In this document: positions 61,835 through 64,000 of the stretch, piece by piece
How positions within the stretch are numbered: the first letter of the stretch is position 1
Layout of the letters: each line of letters starts with the position of its first letter
Assembly: GCA_965223155.1 (NCBI GenBank)
Contig: CBDCVR010000015.1
Coordinates: forward strand, 320,001 to 384,000
DNA: 64,000 nucleotides
Direction: 5' to 3'
DNA from: Candidatus Multivoradales bacterium
GTDB lineage: Bacteria > Acidobacteriota > Thermoanaerobaculia > Multivoradales > JAHEKO01
Made by a program: the position numbers and the translations under genes
The notes under the pieces: model-generated
Told to the model about the DNA's origin: nothing
The model's database searches: none
Seen by the model: the letters and a program-made list of their open reading frames with translations, nothing else

Positions 61835-62508
61835 TCCCGAACCGGGTCCACCTCCGGATGGAACAAGCCCGGCCCAAGGGGAGGATCTGACGATCTGAAC
61901 TCGACGAAATCAGAAAATCCGCAGGCGGCACATAGATCCAGCAGCGACTCCCAAGTCAGCCAAAAGGCCCAATTGTTGTCTAGTGACGCCTTGTCGTGCA
62001 GATCCTTCATTGCATCCGGGAAACCCTCTGCAAACTCCTGATAAGCCTTGCCCCAGTACTCCCTCCCGTCGAAAGCCCGAGCGACAATCGGCGGGTTGGG
62101 GTGCGAGAGACAGGCTTGTTCACCTTCGGTCGCCACATGTCCCTCTAGCAAAACGGCGCTCCCGCGGTGGGAAATCGCCCACATCGCTTTCAGCAAGAGA
62201 GCCGGATCGTCGAGATGATAGATGAGACCGAAGCACCAGATCAGATCGAACGTCCCGATCATCTCCTCCGTGAGAAGCCGGCAGTCAGCCTGCAGGAAAC
62301 TTACCCTCGGCAAGTCTTGCGAAAGACACGCTCGAAAATTCCCGTCCTTTGGCTCAATGCCAAGAATTGTCGCTCCCGGGAACTGCACCCGTAGAATGTC
62401 ACGAATGTGTTCTCCTCGATGGCATCCAATATCAACTATCCGATCGGTCGCGTCGCTTCCGATGTAATCCCAGAGTCGATCATGACTTTCAATTCGCACC
62501 TCCTTCAC
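61792..62508 (-). CDS. class I SAM-dependent methyltransferase
   Basis: IVDIGCHRG, FDLIWCFGLIYHLDDP. Confidence 0.82.
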   Translation of the reverse strand: MKEVRIESHDRLWDYIGSDATDRIVDIGCHRGEHIRDILRVQFPGATILGIEPKDGNFRACLSQDLPRVSFLQADCRLLTEEMIGTFDLIWCFGLIYHLDDPALLLKAMWAISHRGSAVLLEGHVATEGEQACLSHPNPPIVARAFDGREYWGKAYQEFAEGFPDAMKDLHDKASLDNNWAFWLTWESLLDLCAACGFSDFVEFRSSDPPLGPGLFHPEVDPVREWSRRLLLMRPHGA

Positions 62509-63461
62509 TTGTCGCCCTCCTTCCTAAGTACGACCAAGTCTTGCCAGTTGTGCATGCCACGCTCTCGGATCGCAACAACGCGAAGGAACCGACCCCACTC
62601 GCTCCGCGTGTAACTTTCGGTCTGAAACGTACTGCGATAGTAGCCCGCTGGGGCTATCCCATCCAGCGAGGCATCAAGTGAAGCATCAAGAATTCCCTTC
62701 TCCGACAGCGCGCTCTGATTGTTTGGAGCCAAGGAAGCTGAGGCTGCGAACTCCCCGTGGATCGAGGCAATCAATACTCCATCTGGCTTGAGAATCCGAC
62801 GAAGCTCCTTCAACCAAACTAGCTGCGCTTCTCGAGATAGGTGGGAAAAGACAGAGGAGGCAAGGATCACTTCGAAGGCAGAGTCGTCGTAAGACGTCGG
62901 AGGAAGGTGGGGAGTGACGCTTACGTGAACTCCGCTGATCCGACTTCGAACCCACTCAATCGCCTCTGCATCGATGTCGCAACCGCTTACCCCGAGAATG
63001 CCCGAGCAGTTCACCAAGTAATAGAGCAACCGCCCGCAGCCACAGCCGAAATCCAAGAGGCGGTCGACCGACTCCACAGCGACATGGCGGTTCAACTCAT
63101 CTAGCAGTTCGCCATAGCTCTTCATTCCAGAAAGAGCAAAACGGGCGCTTTCACCTATATTCGCCACCCTTGTCATGAGAGCCTTCGGAGGCGATGGCAT
63201 CGCCGTTGCCCAACCGTCACAGAAGACCAGCTCCATGCGTCCCCGACGCACCCTGTCCTGTCGACCAAAGACCTCGATCTGAACCCAGTCAGTTACTCCG
63301 AGCCCGGACACTGGTACTCGGGCCTCAAATCCGCACTTCAGCACACCAAGCCGCGGATAGGAGACGGCGACGTCTTCGCGTTTCTTAACTGGAAGAAGTG
63401 CCCGAGAAGAACCATCAACACATAGTTCGAATTCTTCCGGCTCCCAACTGGGCAAGCACAT
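62505..63461 (-). CDS. class I SAM-dependent methyltransferase; likely extends 5' to about 63584
   Basis: LLDFGCGCGR, GCDID, SVFSHL, WLKELRRILKPDG, QDLVV. Confidence 0.85.
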   Translation of the reverse strand: MCLPSWEPEEFELCVDGSSRALLPVKKREDVAVSYPRLGVLKCGFEARVPVSGLGVTDWVQIEVFGRQDRVRRGRMELVFCDGWATAMPSPPKALMTRVANIGESARFALSGMKSYGELLDELNRHVAVESVDRLLDFGCGCGRLLYYLVNCSGILGVSGCDIDAEAIEWVRSRISGVHVSVTPHLPPTSYDDSAFEVILASSVFSHLSREAQLVWLKELRRILKPDGVLIASIHGEFAASASLAPNNQSALSEKGILDASLDASLDGIAPAGYYRSTFQTESYTRSEWGRFLRVVAIRERGMHNWQDLVVLRKEGDK

Positions 63462-63608
63462 CCAGCCACCAACAGCAAGGCGGTTGAATCCGGCATCCAG
63501 ACCGACATGGTCAAATTGGCCCGCGCCGAGCCGAATGGCTGCGTCCGATTCGCAGCCAGATCCCTCTGATGGTCTATCGCTCAGAACGACGGCTCTCGAA
63601 CTTCTTGG

Positions 63609-64000
63609 CTATTGAACGTAGCCAAGTGCTCGGAGATTCTGGCGCAAGGCAGCATCCTCGACTACCGTCTTCGGCGACCAATTCGCGCTGCGACCCTGCC
63701 AGATCGCCAGGATTCCGGTTTCTGGTTGCTGTCCGCCCAGCCCGACGGAGTGCCAACGTCCACCATCCCATGAGACACCGACCCCATGGCTGAATTCTTC
63801 AGGCCGAATCTCGAATTCCAAGGTTGTCTCCCCATTGCCCCCCCCTTCAGCGAGAGAAGCAGTGATCGAAACCTTCTCATTTCCGATGTCCTCGATCAAG
63901 AGATCGTAGTTCACTCCCGGCGGCACCGAGAAGCTCACCGCCTGACTAGAGGACGAAGACGGGCTGACGCAAGCACATGGAAGGTTGCTACTCTTGAGCG
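63609..64000 (-). CDS. C-terminal end of a probable sulfatase-like protein (5' part outside the window)
   Basis: Open to the window edge; ends LRQNLRALGYVQ like the other two sulfatase-like proteins. Confidence 0.6.
   Translation of the reverse strand, partial: LKSSNLPCACVSPSSSSSQAVSFSVPPGVNYDLLIEDIGNEKVSITASLAEGGGNGETTLEFEIRPEEFSHGVGVSWDGGRWHSVGLGGQQPETGILAIWQGRSANWSPKTVVEDAALRQNLRALGYVQ

Noticed and set aside
63609-63611. Amber read-through fusing the sulfatase-like gene to the methyltransferase
   Set aside because: LRALGYVQ is the normal C-terminus, as in the two paralogues; no recoding evidence.

Overview
High-GC bacterial DNA; gene content suggests Acidobacteriota/Thermoanaerobaculia, which is an inference. 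1-47 kb: metF and a VanZ-like gene, then a large surface-polysaccharide locus. It carries a beta-barrel, Wza, Wzc, two Wzy/O-antigen-ligase proteins, nucleotide-sugar enzymes, GT4s, a full PglF/E/D/C-type bacillosamine set, an ABC flippase and many tailoring enzymes. 47-49.4 kb: groES-groEL with a sigma70 promoter, CIRCE and terminator. 49.5-56.9 kb: a decaying accessory region with two secreted fibre-like paralogues, a truncated RHS/YD-like gene, an IS110/IS1111 element, an IS256 and an IS3 remnant. 56.9-64 kb: a more AT-rich glycan cluster with a 1629-aa sulfotransferase-coiled-coil-GT2-GT2-GT4 protein. Two observations stand out. (1) A carbamoyltransferase/SxtJ/DUF5989 operon whose 65-aa membrane peptide ends in FIYTLF, resembling the DltX/AlgI tyrosine acyl-shuttle motif. 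With two SGNH proteins and no MBOAT in the window, this is a candidate MBOAT-free trans-membrane carbamoyl relay. (2) An IS1111-type element whose bridge/seek RNA guide loops can be read from the sequence and match its own insertion site. All family calls come from motif recognition by eye; no database searches were run.
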